Origin: Elusimicrobiota bacterium
Lineage (GTDB): Bacteria; Elusimicrobiota; Elusimicrobia; F11
NCBI GenBank assembly: GCA_044221725.1
Contig: JBGAON010000001.1
Coordinates: forward strand, 640,001-704,000
DNA length: 64,000 nt
Direction of reading: 5' to 3'
Shown one piece after another: positions 29,053 through 39,509 of this stretch (position 1 is its first letter; every line of letters begins with the position of its first letter). A model generated the notes under the pieces. That model did not search any database, was not told the origin of the DNA, and was given only the letters and a program-made list of their open reading frames with translations. The position numbers and the translations under genes are program-made.

Positions 29053-30324
29053 GTGATCGACTCGAATTTTGGAATGGGCGATTCTCCGCAATGCGTGTTT
29101 TGCACGAAGGGGAAAGTCGACGGTCTTAAACTGATCGGCGGTCAAGGAACGTACGTTTGCGAAGAATGCATTCGTAATTCCTACGCACTGCTCCAGAAGA
29201 TATCCGAGGAAGAACAACGCCACGCGATTCGTACGCTGCCGCCTCCAACACAAATCAAGTCCGCGCTTGATGAATATGTCATTGGCCAAGAAAAAGCAAA
29301 ACGCATTTTGTCGGTGGCCGTGTACAACCATTACCGTCGCGTGGAACTCGCCGAGAAGGCCGCCAAGACTGGCACGAAGAACGATGTGGAATTGTCGAAG
29401 TCGAACATTTTGTTGGTTGGTCCCACCGGAACCGGGAAAACGCTGCTCGCGCAAACGCTCGCACGTTTGCTCAAAGTTCCCTTTGCGATGGCCGACGCCA
29501 CGGTGCTCACCGAAGCCGGGTACGTTGGAGAGGACGTGGAGAATATAATTTTGCGCTTGCTCCAAGCATCCTCGTACGATGTGAAGCGTGCCGAAAAAGG
29601 CATTGTGTACATCGACGAGATCGACAAAATCTCCCGCAAATCGGATTCGCCCTCCATTACGCGCGACGTTTCGGGCGAAGGTGTTCAGCAAGCGCTTCTG
29701 AAAATTCTTGAAGGGACCGTCGCGTCGGTGCCCCCTCAGGGCGGTCGCAAACATCCGCAGCAGGAATATATTCAGGTGAACACAACGAACATTTTGTTTA
29801 TCTGCGGTGGTGCGTTCGAAGGAATGGATGACATTATTCGCCATCGCATGGGGCGCCAGGGATTGGGTTTCGGCGCCGATGTTCAACCCACAAAGAAGGT
29901 GCCGCACGGCGAAATGATGAAACATCTGACGCCCGAAGATTTAAATTCGTTCGGCTTGATTCCCGAGCTTGTTGGTCGTTTGCCGGTCGTGACCACGCTC
30001 GAGCCGCTTGGTCAAGGCGCGCTCGTTGACATTCTTACGCGCCCGAAAAATGCGCTCGTCAAGCAATTCACAAAGATGTTCAAACTTGAAGGTGTGGATT
30101 TGGAATTCACCGATCAGGCGCTCAAAGAAATTGCGGCGATTGCGCTCAAGCGCGGATCGGGCGCTCGTGGGCTTCGTTCGATCATCGAAGAGCTGACGCT
30201 CGACCTTATGTACGAATTGCCGGAACAAACCAATTTGCGCAAAGTTGTGATCGACGACTCTGTTGTGCGCAAAGAAAAATTGCCGGTTCGTTTGTACGGC
30301 GACGCCGAACGCCAATCCGCCTAA
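29053..30324 (+). CDS. clpX: Clp protease ATP-binding subunit ClpX
   Basis: C4 zinc finger, [42 protein letters not shown]. Confidence 0.98.
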   Translation: MIDSNFGMGDSPQCVFCTKGKVDGLKLIGGQGTYVCEECIRNSYALLQKISEEEQRHAIRTLPPPTQIKSALDEYVIGQEKAKRILSVAVYNHYRRVELAEKAAKTGTKNDVELSKSNILLVGPTGTGKTLLAQTLARLLKVPFAMADATVLTEAGYVGEDVENIILRLLQASSYDVKRAEKGIVYIDEIDKISRKSDSPSITRDVSGEGVQQALLKILEGTVASVPPQGGRKHPQQEYIQVNTTNILFICGGAFEGMDDIIRHRMGRQGLGFGADVQPTKKVPHGEMMKHLTPEDLNSFGLIPELVGRLPVVTTLEPLGQGALVDILTRPKNALVKQFTKMFKLEGVDLEFTDQALKEIAAIALKRGSGARGLRSIIEELTLDLMYELPEQTNLRKVVIDDSVVRKEKLPVRLYGDAERQSA

Positions 30325-30331
30325 GTTTCGA

Positions 30332-32728
30332 ATGAGCAACGCATCCCCATTTCCACCACGAATGCCCGTATTGCCGGTCCGCGACCGCGTGCTGTTTCCG
30401 AACGTGTACGTGCCGCTCGTGGTCGGCCGCGCGCGTTCAATTCAAGCGATCGAAGCCGCGATGGCCGGCGATCGATTGATTTTCGTGGCCACGCAGCGTC
30501 ATCTGAAAGTCGAAGAACCGACGCGCGACGATTTGTTCGAACACGGCACGATCGCTGAAATTTTGCAAACCATTAATATGCCGGACGGAACCGTTCGAAT
30601 TCGTGTTCTCGGCCGCTCACGCGCGAAAATGGTGGATGTGTCTTTGGGTAGCAATATGATTATGGGCGACATCCATCCGATTGAAACGCCCACGGTTCCC
30701 ACGGAAGACAACACGCAAATGGAAGCGATGCGCCGCATGGTCGCCCGGAAATTCGATGAATACGTCCGCAAAAACGGCCGCATCCCGGTCGACACGGTGG
30801 CGTCGGTGAATCAAATTACGGCGCTCGATAAGTTGGCGGACACCGTGTCGGACGCGCTTCTGATTGGCATTGAAGAGAAACAAGACTTGATCGAAATGGT
30901 CGAGATTCCGAAACGGCTCGCGCGTCTCGTGGAAATCCTCGATTCTGAAATTGAAATTCTCAACATCGAACGCAAAATTCAAACACGCGTGCATCATCAG
31001 ATCGAGAAAAATCAGAAGGAATACTATCTGAACGAACAGATGCGCGCGATTCAGAAGGAATTGAAACAGAAAGACGATCACGGTCGCGAAGCCGATGATT
31101 TGCGCGCAAAAATAAAGGAATTGAAGCTGGCGGCGGCCACCGAAGAAGTGGCGCTAAAAGAATTGGCGCGGCTCGAAAAAATGTCGCCGTTCTCGCCGGA
31201 AGCGACGGTCGTCCGCAGTTATCTCGAATGGATTATCGCGTTGCCGTGGAACACGTCGACCAATGACGACGCCGATGTTCAGCACGCGCGGAAAATTTTG
31301 AAAGAAGATCACTTCGGACTTGAGAAACCGAAAGAGCGTTTGCTCGAATATTTGGCGGTTTTAAAACTCACGAAACAAATCAAAGGTCCGGTTCTTTGTT
31401 TTGTTGGCCCGCCTGGCGTGGGAAAAACCTCGGTGGGCAAATCATTGGCGCGCGCGCTCGGACGGCAATTCGTTCGCATTTCATTGGGCGGCGTGCACGA
31501 TGAGTCGGACATTCGCGGTCATCGCCGCACCTACATCGGTTCGATGCCAGGCCGCATTATCCAGGCTCTGCGCAAGGTAAAAACAAAAAATCCGGTTATT
31601 TTGCTCGATGAAATCGACAAGATGGGGTCCGACTGGCGCGGAGATCCCGCGGCGGCGTTGCTCGAAGTGTTGGACCCCGAGCAAAACAAAACGTTCGTCG
31701 ATCACTATCTCGACGTCGAGTTCGATCTTTCCCAGATTATTTTTATTGCGACCGCGAATTCGCTTTACAGCATTCCAGCCACGTTGCTCGATCGCTTGGA
31801 AGTGATTCGGTTTTCTTCGTACACGACCGACGAAAAAGTTCAGATCGCAAATCGGTTTTTGATTCCAAAAGCAGTGACGGAACACGGTTTGTCGGCCGAT
31901 GCGGTTAAGATTGATGACGAAGCACTGCGCAAAATTGTTCACACCTACACGCAGGAAGCGGGTGTTCGCGATTTGGGACGTAAGATCGCACAAATTTGCC
32001 GCAAGGTCGCGGTTGAGATGGTTGAGAACGCGAAAGGAAAGAAGAGCAAACACGCTTCCATCACACTGAAAGATTTAAGCCACTATCTTGGCGCGCCCGA
32101 GTTTATCCGTGAAAAAATCACGGTCAACTCCGTTGGTATTTCAACGGGACTCGCGTGGACCGATCACGGCGGCGAAACGCTGACGATTGAGGTCACCACG
32201 ATGCCGGGCCAAGGGAAAGTGATGCTGACCGGTAAACTCGGCAACGTGATGCAAGAATCGGCACAAGCGGCATTGTCTTTGGTGAAATCCCGCTCCGAAA
32301 AGTTGGGTCTGCGCACAAAGTCTTTCAACAAAACAGATTTGCACGTGCACATTCCCGAGGGGGCGGTTCCAAAAGATGGACCGTCGGCCGGTATTGCCAT
32401 GGCAACGGCGATTGTCTCCGCGCTGAGCGGTCGCGCGGTTCGTAAAGATCTGGCGATGACGGGAGAAGTGACGTTGCGCGGTCGCGTCCTGCCGATCGGT
32501 GGCCTCAAAGACAAGGTTCTCGCCGCGTATCGCGAAGGAATCAAAGAGGTGTTGTACCCGGTTGGAAACGAAAAAGATTTGCCTGAGATTCCCGAAAACG
32601 TTCGTTCCGGAATTAAGTTGGTCCCGGTCGAAACGATTGATGATGTTTTTGCTCGGGCACTGCAAGCAGTCCCACCCAAAACTGTTCTATCATCCAGAAA
32701 ACCTGCGCAAATCGCGGGAACCAACTAA
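30332..32728 (+). CDS. lon: Lon protease
   Basis: GPPGVGKTS, GHRRTYIG, LLDEIDK, PKDGPSAG, PIGGLKDK. Confidence 0.98.
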   Translation: MSNASPFPPRMPVLPVRDRVLFPNVYVPLVVGRARSIQAIEAAMAGDRLIFVATQRHLKVEEPTRDDLFEHGTIAEILQTINMPDGTVRIRVLGRSRAKMVDVSLGSNMIMGDIHPIETPTVPTEDNTQMEAMRRMVARKFDEYVRKNGRIPVDTVASVNQITALDKLADTVSDALLIGIEEKQDLIEMVEIPKRLARLVEILDSEIEILNIERKIQTRVHHQIEKNQKEYYLNEQMRAIQKELKQKDDHGREADDLRAKIKELKLAAATEEVALKELARLEKMSPFSPEATVVRSYLEWIIALPWNTSTNDDADVQHARKILKEDHFGLEKPKERLLEYLAVLKLTKQIKGPVLCFVGPPGVGKTSVGKSLARALGRQFVRISLGGVHDESDIRGHRRTYIGSMPGRIIQALRKVKTKNPVILLDEIDKMGSDWRGDPAAALLEVLDPEQNKTFVDHYLDVEFDLSQIIFIATANSLYSIPATLLDRLEVIRFSSYTTDEKVQIANRFLIPKAVTEHGLSADAVKIDDEALRKIVHTYTQEAGVRDLGRKIAQICRKVAVEMVENAKGKKSKHASITLKDLSHYLGAPEFIREKITVNSVGISTGLAWTDHGGETLTIEVTTMPGQGKVMLTGKLGNVMQESAQAALSLVKSRSEKLGLRTKSFNKTDLHVHIPEGAVPKDGPSAGIAMATAIVSALSGRAVRKDLAMTGEVTLRGRVLPIGGLKDKVLAAYREGIKEVLYPVGNEKDLPEIPENVRSGIKLVPVETIDDVFARALQAVPPKTVLSSRKPAQIAGTN

Positions 32729-32761
32729 GCCCACAATAATAAGGAGAAGAGAGAGCCCATC

Positions 32762-33895
32762 ATGAAGAAATATTATTTGCTTACCCCCGGCCCAACACCC
32801 GTTCCGCCCCGCGTGGCCGCGAAATCCGCCGAACCCATTTTGCATCACCGCACCAAAGAATTTCAGAACGTGTTCGCAGCGGTTCAAGAAGGCCTCAAGT
32901 ATGTTTTCCGCACGAAGAACGACATTCTCATGATCAATGGCTCGGGCACGGGCGCCATGGAAGCCGCGGTGCAGAACACGCTTTCTCCGGGCGATGAAGT
33001 CATCGTGGCTTCGGTTGGCTCGTTCGGCGAACGTTGGATTAAAATTTGCGAAGCATTCGGTATCAAAGTTCACGCGGTGCGCGAAGAATGGGGCAAGCCG
33101 GTTGATCCGGCGAAAGTGGAAGCGGCGCTCAAAGAATTTCCAAAAGCGAAAGCGGTGTTTACGCAACACACCGAAACGTCCGCGGGCACGGTGAACGATT
33201 TGCCGGCCATTGCGAAAATTGTTGCGAAGACACCAGCGATTTTTGTGGTGGACGCGATTTCCGGACTCGGCGGCGAAGAACTTCACATGGACGACTGGGG
33301 CTTGGACGTGGTGGTGTCTGGCTCTCAGAAAGGTCTTATGACGGCGCCGGGCCTCGCAATGGCGTCTCTCTCCGAGAAGGCATGGAAGCATGTTGAAGCA
33401 TCGAAGTGCCCGAAATTTTATTCCGATTTCAAAACGATCCGGAAATCCATCAAAGAAAACGAAACACCGTGGACGCCGGCCGTGTCGCTTTTCTGTGGCA
33501 TGAACGAAGCGATCAAAATGATTCAAGAAGAAACGATTGAGAAAGTGTGGGAGCGCCACAAGAAACTCATGCGCGTCACGCAAGCGGGTATTAGAGCGCT
33601 TGGCTTTCCGTTGTTCTCCTCTCGTCCGTGCGCCGTCCTCACCTCCGCCAAGTTGCCAGAGGGTTTCGACGGTAATCTTTTGATAAAGAAAATGCTTTCC
33701 GATCAAGGTGTCTCGATTGCGGGTGGCCAAGACCATCTCAAAGGAAAAATTTTCCGTCTCGCGCACATGGGTTATATGGACAGCTTCGACACGATCATCG
33801 GTCTCACGGCGCTCGAGAACACATTGACAGATATGGGTTACAAAGTGCCCGAGCCAGGGAAAGCCGCGAAAGCCGCCGAAGCGGCGTTGGTGTAA
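32762..33895 (+). CDS. Class V PLP aminotransferase (alanine-glyoxylate/serine-pyruvate family; candidate phosphoserine aminotransferase)
   Basis: LLTPGPTPVP, GSGTGAMEA, HTETSAG, VDAIS, SGSQKG, FRLAHMG; directly upstream of serA. Confidence 0.9.
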   Translation: MKKYYLLTPGPTPVPPRVAAKSAEPILHHRTKEFQNVFAAVQEGLKYVFRTKNDILMINGSGTGAMEAAVQNTLSPGDEVIVASVGSFGERWIKICEAFGIKVHAVREEWGKPVDPAKVEAALKEFPKAKAVFTQHTETSAGTVNDLPAIAKIVAKTPAIFVVDAISGLGGEELHMDDWGLDVVVSGSQKGLMTAPGLAMASLSEKAWKHVEASKCPKFYSDFKTIRKSIKENETPWTPAVSLFCGMNEAIKMIQEETIEKVWERHKKLMRVTQAGIRALGFPLFSSRPCAVLTSAKLPEGFDGNLLIKKMLSDQGVSIAGGQDHLKGKIFRLAHMGYMDSFDTIIGLTALENTLTDMGYKVPEPGKAAKAAEAALV

Positions 33896-33900
33896 CGGCC

Positions 33901-35472
33901 ATGGTTAAAGTTCTCGTTTCTGATCCAATCGAAAAAGAAGGGCTTTCGCCCCTTTTGTCGAATGCAAAGTTCGAGGTTGTGATAAAGACAGGTCTTAAGC
34001 CCGAAGAATTGTTGCGCGAAGTGGGAAGCGCCGACGTTTTGCTCGTGCGCTCCGAAACAAAAGTGACGCCCACCGTTCTTGAGTCGGGAAAACATCTCAA
34101 ACTCGTTGGTCGTGCCGGTGTTGGCGTCGATAACATCGATTTGGCCGCGGCGTCCAAGCAGGGCGTGATCGTGATGAACGTGCCCGGCGGAAACACGGTT
34201 TCGGCCGCTGAGCACACGGTGAGCTTGCTGATGGCGCTTGCGCACAACATCGCGCCGGCCGATGCGAGCATGAAAGCCGGAAAATGGGACCGCAAAAAGT
34301 TTATGGGATCCGAACTCGTTGGCAAAAAGCTGGGACTTATTGGACTCGGCCGCGTGGGTCGCGAAGTGGCGACACGCGCGATTGGTCTTGAAATGCAAGT
34401 GATTGCTCACGACCCCATGGCCGACCCAGAATGGTGCCGGCTCGTCGGTATTCGTCTTTGCTCGGTTGATGAAGTGATTCGAGAGTCGGATTTTATTTCG
34501 ACGCATGTTCCGCTTACCGATGCCACGAAACACATGATCAATGCCGACACCATTGCGAAAATGAAACAAGGCGTCCGTATCATTAATTGCGCGCGCGGTG
34601 GGGTGATCGACGAAAAAGCGTTGTTGAACGCGCTTAATTCCGGCCATGTGAAAGGTGCAGCGCTCGACGTTTTTGAGTCCGAACCGCCAACCTATTGGGA
34701 TATTGCGAAACATCCGAACGTGATTGCGACACCCCATTTGGGCGCCTCCACCGAAGAGGCACAATCCAAAGTGGCCGTGCAGTTGGCGGAAGCGGTCGTC
34801 GAATATTTTGAGAAAGGCACACCAAGAAATGCGCTCAATTTGCCTGCGGGTCTTCCGCCGGAAGTGAAGCCGTATTCGGTTCTCGCGAACCGGCTTGGTC
34901 GCTTCATCGCGCAGATTGTCGATGGGCCCATCAAGAAGGTGACGATCACGGGCGCCGGAACACTTTCTCGCATCAACCTTTCGCCGCTCACATCCGAAGC
35001 GGTGGCTGGAATTCTTTCGGCGCGTACCTCGGGAATTTCCCCGGTAAACGCGCTGGCCAAAGCGAAAGATTTCAATTTGGCGATCGCTGAAGTGGCGCAA
35101 CCGGATTCGAAAGAATACACGGGACTGCTCACGCTCGAGATTGAAACAGGTCGCACGCGTCGCCGGGTGGCGGGCTCGATTTTCCGCACGGATCAACCGC
35201 ATCTTGTTGAAATCGATGATCTCACGCTCGATATTGTGCCCGAAGGTCACATGATTGTACTGACCAACGTGGACCGTCCGGGTGTTGTTGGATTCATCGG
35301 GACGATTCTCGGTGCATCGAACATCAACATCGCGGGTTACGAAGTGGGGCGACGCGCGGCCGGTGGGGAAGCGGTGAGTATTCTTACCGTCGACACACAC
35401 GTGCCCGAAAATGTGCTCGAAGCCATTCGCACGAACGCATCGATCCTCGATGTACGGCTCGTAAAAATCTAA
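33901..35472 (+). CDS. serA: D-3-phosphoglycerate dehydrogenase (with ASB and ACT domains)
   Basis: GRAGVGVDNID, GLGRVG, INCARGG, TPHLGASTEEAQ, C-terminal DRPGVVG..G..LG...INIA. Confidence 0.96.
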   Translation: MVKVLVSDPIEKEGLSPLLSNAKFEVVIKTGLKPEELLREVGSADVLLVRSETKVTPTVLESGKHLKLVGRAGVGVDNIDLAAASKQGVIVMNVPGGNTVSAAEHTVSLLMALAHNIAPADASMKAGKWDRKKFMGSELVGKKLGLIGLGRVGREVATRAIGLEMQVIAHDPMADPEWCRLVGIRLCSVDEVIRESDFISTHVPLTDATKHMINADTIAKMKQGVRIINCARGGVIDEKALLNALNSGHVKGAALDVFESEPPTYWDIAKHPNVIATPHLGASTEEAQSKVAVQLAEAVVEYFEKGTPRNALNLPAGLPPEVKPYSVLANRLGRFIAQIVDGPIKKVTITGAGTLSRINLSPLTSEAVAGILSARTSGISPVNALAKAKDFNLAIAEVAQPDSKEYTGLLTLEIETGRTRRRVAGSIFRTDQPHLVEIDDLTLDIVPEGHMIVLTNVDRPGVVGFIGTILGASNINIAGYEVGRRAAGGEAVSILTVDTHVPENVLEAIRTNASILDVRLVKI

Positions 35473-35493
35473 AAAAGTTCTCTCCTTATTATT

Positions 35494-35531
35494 AACGCCG
35501 GCGAAGAAAAGTCTTCGCCGGCGTTTTTTTT
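35494..35531 (+). terminator. Intrinsic terminator after the tig-serA run
   Basis: AACGCCGGCGAAGA-aaag-TCTTCGCCGGCGTT followed by a T-tract. Confidence 0.9.
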
Positions 35532-35615
35532 CGCTTCGAACTTCATCGTTCAAACGTCGTATCTCAAGTAAGTCAAGACAGAGAAAGGATTTTTGAGCGA
35601 TGTTGCTCGTTCGCT

Positions 35616-36707
35616 ATGTTCAGTTTTCGTGGTTCCATCTTACCGACGCATCGAATTAAGTCCGTCGCCATTTTTCGGGCGCTCCAGCTGGGTGATATGT
35701 TGTGTGCGGTTCCTGCTATTCGCGCTTTCCGCAACGCAATTCCCGACGGCACATTTACGCTTGTGGGTTTGCCATGGGCACGCGAATTCGTGCGACGTTT
35801 TCCCAATTTGTTCGACGCGTTTGTGGAATTTCCAGGTTATCCGGGTTTGCCCGAGCGCGTGGCCGACACGAAAGTGTTTCCAGATTTTGTCTCCGACATG
35901 AAAAGCCGTCGCTTTGATTTGGCTGTGCAACTTCATGGCAGCGGTCCGATTGTAAATCCGATCGTTTCAGCGTTTGAGGCACGTTACGTTGCTGGATTTT
36001 TTCGCGACCAATGCGACAAGCCATCCACCGGAGCGTTTGTGCGGTTTCCCGAGACGGGACACGAGATCGAGCGATTGCTCCATCTGCCCACCGAGCTCGG
36101 GTTGTTGTCGGATGGCACCGACCTGGAGTTCCCCGTCGGCACCCAAGACCGCGAAGAAGCCGCCCGGTTAATGAACGAAAATGATTTGAAAACGAAACGC
36201 TTTGTTTGTGTGCACGCCGGTGCCCGCCTTCGGTCGCGGCGTTGGTCGGCGAAAAATTTTGCACAGGTGGCCGACCGTATCCGCCAGATGGGCTTGTCCA
36301 TCGCTCTCACCGGCTCCGCAGCGGAATGCGATGTTGTCGATGCGGTACAAAATCAAATGAGCACCGACGCGATAAATTTGTGCGGAGAAACGTCCGTTGG
36401 TGCGTTGGCCGTGCTGTTGAAACATTCCGTTGGCTTGATTTCAAACGATACAGGCGTTTCTCATATCGCTTCCGCTTTAAAGGTGCCGAGCGTGGTTGTT
36501 TGCTTGGGGTCCGATCCGAAAAGATGGGCTCCGCTCAATCATGATCGGCACCGAACGGTTTACGCAGAGGTGGCGTGTCGGCCTTGCGCGTACGATGAAT
36601 GTCCGATCGAACACGCGTGCGCGGTTCCGGTTCTGCCCGAACAAATCGTGCGCGAATTTGTGAATCTGCTCGCGACCGAGTCGATCGCCGTCGGGGGCGT
36701 ATCTTGA
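35616..36707 (+). CDS. Glycosyltransferase family 9 (ADP-heptose heptosyltransferase-like)
   Basis: RALQLGDMLCAVPA, VHAGAR...RRW, ISNDTGVSHIA, C..C....CP. Confidence 0.9.
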   Translation: MFSFRGSILPTHRIKSVAIFRALQLGDMLCAVPAIRAFRNAIPDGTFTLVGLPWAREFVRRFPNLFDAFVEFPGYPGLPERVADTKVFPDFVSDMKSRRFDLAVQLHGSGPIVNPIVSAFEARYVAGFFRDQCDKPSTGAFVRFPETGHEIERLLHLPTELGLLSDGTDLEFPVGTQDREEAARLMNENDLKTKRFVCVHAGARLRSRRWSAKNFAQVADRIRQMGLSIALTGSAAECDVVDAVQNQMSTDAINLCGETSVGALAVLLKHSVGLISNDTGVSHIASALKVPSVVVCLGSDPKRWAPLNHDRHRTVYAEVACRPCAYDECPIEHACAVPVLPEQIVREFVNLLATESIAVGGVS

Positions 36708-37690
36708 AACCGTTGCGGATTCTCATTTGGCATGTGCATGGAAGCTATCTTTATTATCTGACGTCTCGGTCGCAACACGATTTTTACTTGCCGTCCAAGC
36801 CGGACCGGAAGAGCGATTACAGTGGCAAATGGGGACATTTGCCGTGGGGCGAAAATGTTCACGACGTCCCCATTAATGAGGTCAAGAATTTGGATTTGGA
36901 CGCCGTTATCTTCCAGTTGCCCAGCGAATACTTAAACGACCAATACGATATTCTTTCTCCGGCGCAACGACGCCTTCCTAAGATTTATCTCGAACACGAA
37001 GCGCCGCAAGAAAAACCAGCGGATTCCGTTCACTTCATCGATGATCCGAACACGTTGATCGTGCACGTTACCCCCTTCAACAAGTTGATGTGGAATACGC
37101 GGCGGACGCCGAGCATCGTTATCGAGCATGGGGTGATGGTGCCCGAGTCCGCCCGTTACACGGGCGAATTTGATCGCGGGCTCGTTGTAATCAACCACCT
37201 GGCTGAGCGCGGTCGCCGATTGGGCGCGGATGTTTATCTCGAGGCGGCCAAGCAGCTTCCATTGGATCTTGTGGGATTGGAGTCCGAGAAATTGTTGAAC
37301 GGTCGCGGCGAAATCCTGCACGGTCAATTGCCCGATTTTGAAAAGCGTTACCGATTTCTTTTTACTCCGATCCGTTACGGAAGTTTGGCGCTTGGTGTGG
37401 TTGAGGCGATGATGATTGGTTTGCCCGTCGTCGGATTGGCAACGACCGAAATGGCAACCGTCATCGAAAATGGGGTGTCCGGGTACGTCGACACGCGTGT
37501 TGAAAACCTTGTGACGGGAATGAAAATTCTTTTGAAAGACACCGCACTCGCGTTTGAGATGGGCCAACAAGCCAGACGCACGGCCGAAAAGCGTTTCCAT
37601 ATCAATCGCTTCACATCCGATTGGGATAACGCGCTTGATTTGGTTTGTGGTCGTTCATCAACGCGGAGTCTCGTGGAGGTGGAGGCATGA
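36704..37690 (+). CDS. Glycosyltransferase (GT4-like)
   Basis: TTG start overlapping the upstream TGA; LRILIWHVHGSYL; EAMMIGLPVVGLATTE...IENGVSGY. Confidence 0.85.
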   Translation: MKPLRILIWHVHGSYLYYLTSRSQHDFYLPSKPDRKSDYSGKWGHLPWGENVHDVPINEVKNLDLDAVIFQLPSEYLNDQYDILSPAQRRLPKIYLEHEAPQEKPADSVHFIDDPNTLIVHVTPFNKLMWNTRRTPSIVIEHGVMVPESARYTGEFDRGLVVINHLAERGRRLGADVYLEAAKQLPLDLVGLESEKLLNGRGEILHGQLPDFEKRYRFLFTPIRYGSLALGVVEAMMIGLPVVGLATTEMATVIENGVSGYVDTRVENLVTGMKILLKDTALAFEMGQQARRTAEKRFHINRFTSDWDNALDLVCGRSSTRSLVEVEA

Positions 37691-38952
37691 AGATGCGTGT
37701 GGCAATCATCAGCGATCACGCGTCGCCGTTAGCGACGCTCGGAGGGGTCGATGCGGGCGGCCAGAACATTTATGTGGGGCACGTCGCGAAAAATCTCGTT
37801 GCGATGGGACATGAGGTCGATGTTTTTACACGGCGTGACGGCGATTTGCCGCTGATGGCGTATTTTGATGGCGTGCGTGTGATTCATGTGCCGGCGGGTC
37901 CGGCGAGCGCGGTTCGCAAAGAAGACATTTTCCCGTTCCTTAGCGATTTTTGTGCGTTCATGGTGGACTTTATTAACAAGAACGGCCGCTACGACGTGGT
38001 GCATGCAAATTTCTGGATGTCCGGCTATGTGGCCGATCGGTTGAAGCGAATTTTCTCGATTCCGTTCGTGATCACGTTTCATGCGCTGGGCCATATTCGG
38101 CGTATGCATCAACGGTTGGCGGACCGTTTCCCCATCGCTCGAGAAAAAATCGAAGAGCGGCTTGTGCAAGTGGCCGATCGTATCATCGCCGAATGCCCAC
38201 AGGACCGAGAAGACCTTTTGCACTTTTACAAGGCTGATTCGCAGAAAATTTCGGTGGTGCCCTGCGGTTTTGATCCAGCCGAGGTGTCGCCGTTAAACAA
38301 GGGTTTCGCGCGTTTCATTTCCGGTTTTTCTCCAAAAGAAAAAATTTTGTTGCAGTTGGGGCGCATGGTGCCGCGGAAAGGCGTGGACACCGTGATTCGG
38401 ACGCTGGCGCGCGTGCGACACGTTCATAATTTGGCGGTCAAACTGCTCGTTGTGGGCGGGGAGTTTGGTCAGCCCGACGAGCGTGCCGAGATGGAACGCC
38501 TGAAACAAATCGCACAAAATGAAAATGTAAGCGAGCATGTGGTTTTTCGTGGCAAATGCGACCGATCCGAACTTCAAACGTTTTATAGTGCGGCGGATTT
38601 GTTTTTAACCTTGCCGTGGTACGAACCGTTCGGAATCACGCCGCTCGAGGCCATGGCGTGCGGCACGCCCGTTATCGGTTCAAACGTTGGTGGTATTAAG
38701 TTTTCGGTCGTCGATGGTCAAACGGGATACCTCGTGCCGGCCAAAGATCCCGATGCGGCCGCAACGTGCGTGGCCGCTTTTTACGCGCGCCCAGAGTTGG
38801 CACGGAAGTTTGGTCGTCAAGCCATTGACCGTGTGAACAAATTGTTCACATGGTCGTCGGTATCGCAGAGCATAGAGAATATTTACGACATGGTTCTTGG
38901 TCGCGTGCAACAGAAGTCGATCGGTGAGCGGCGTCGCGCGGCGCGACTATGA
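37687..38952 (+). CDS. Glycosyltransferase family 4 (MshA-like)
   Basis: HASPLA.LGG.DAGGQN.YV, HANFWMSG, GRMVPRKG, YEPFGITPLEAMACG. Confidence 0.9.
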   Translation: MKMRVAIISDHASPLATLGGVDAGGQNIYVGHVAKNLVAMGHEVDVFTRRDGDLPLMAYFDGVRVIHVPAGPASAVRKEDIFPFLSDFCAFMVDFINKNGRYDVVHANFWMSGYVADRLKRIFSIPFVITFHALGHIRRMHQRLADRFPIAREKIEERLVQVADRIIAECPQDREDLLHFYKADSQKISVVPCGFDPAEVSPLNKGFARFISGFSPKEKILLQLGRMVPRKGVDTVIRTLARVRHVHNLAVKLLVVGGEFGQPDERAEMERLKQIAQNENVSEHVVFRGKCDRSELQTFYSAADLFLTLPWYEPFGITPLEAMACGTPVIGSNVGGIKFSVVDGQTGYLVPAKDPDAAATCVAAFYARPELARKFGRQAIDRVNKLFTWSSVSQSIENIYDMVLGRVQQKSIGERRRAARL

Positions 38953-39509
38953 ACCGGTCCATTTTCGTGGATAAAGACGGAACGCTCGTCGTTGATGCGC
39001 CCAAAAAACACCCGCTTGAGTTTTCGTTTATGCCGGGCGCCATTGAGGCGATGCAGCGCTTTTCTGAAAAGCAGTTCAAGCTGGTTGTCGTTACGAATCA
39101 AGGCGCTGTGGCCCACGGACGGATTTCCGAGACGACGTTAATGGCGCTTCGGCAACGGCTCGCCGACGTTTTCCTGTCTCATGGCGTTACGCTGGACGGA
39201 TTTTATTATTGTCCCCACGATCCAAACGGCAGTGTTTCGGCGTACGCGATAACGTGCGATTGCCGAAAACCGCGTGCGGGTTTATTTTTTCGGGCCGCGC
39301 ACGATTTGGATATCGACCTTTCTCGGTCGTGGTTTATCGGCGATATTTTGAACGACGTCGAAGCGGGGCGCTCCGCCGGTTGTCGCACGGTGTTTTTAAA
39401 TACAGGAAATGAAACCGAATGGATTTCGTCACCGTTGCGAGTGCCCACGTGCGAAGTGTCGTCCTGGCCTCAGGCGGCCGATGCGATTCTGGGGTGCGAA
39501 CGTGGATAA
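38949..39509 (+). CDS. gmhB: HAD-IIIA phosphatase, D-glycero-D-manno-heptose 1,7-bisphosphate phosphatase-like
   Basis: DKDGT, VTNQG, YCPH....CDCRKP, IGD...DVEAG. Confidence 0.8.
   Translation: MNRSIFVDKDGTLVVDAPKKHPLEFSFMPGAIEAMQRFSEKQFKLVVVTNQGAVAHGRISETTLMALRQRLADVFLSHGVTLDGFYYCPHDPNGSVSAYAITCDCRKPRAGLFFRAAHDLDIDLSRSWFIGDILNDVEAGRSAGCRTVFLNTGNETEWISSPLRVPTCEVSSWPQAADAILGCERG

Noticed and set aside
33838..35553. 571-aa minus-strand ORF (also 32690-33766, 28957-29925, 21486-22484, 55262-56122)
   Set aside because: Antisense shadows of well-supported genes (serA, aminotransferase, clpX, debranching enzyme, ctaD) with no recognisable motifs.
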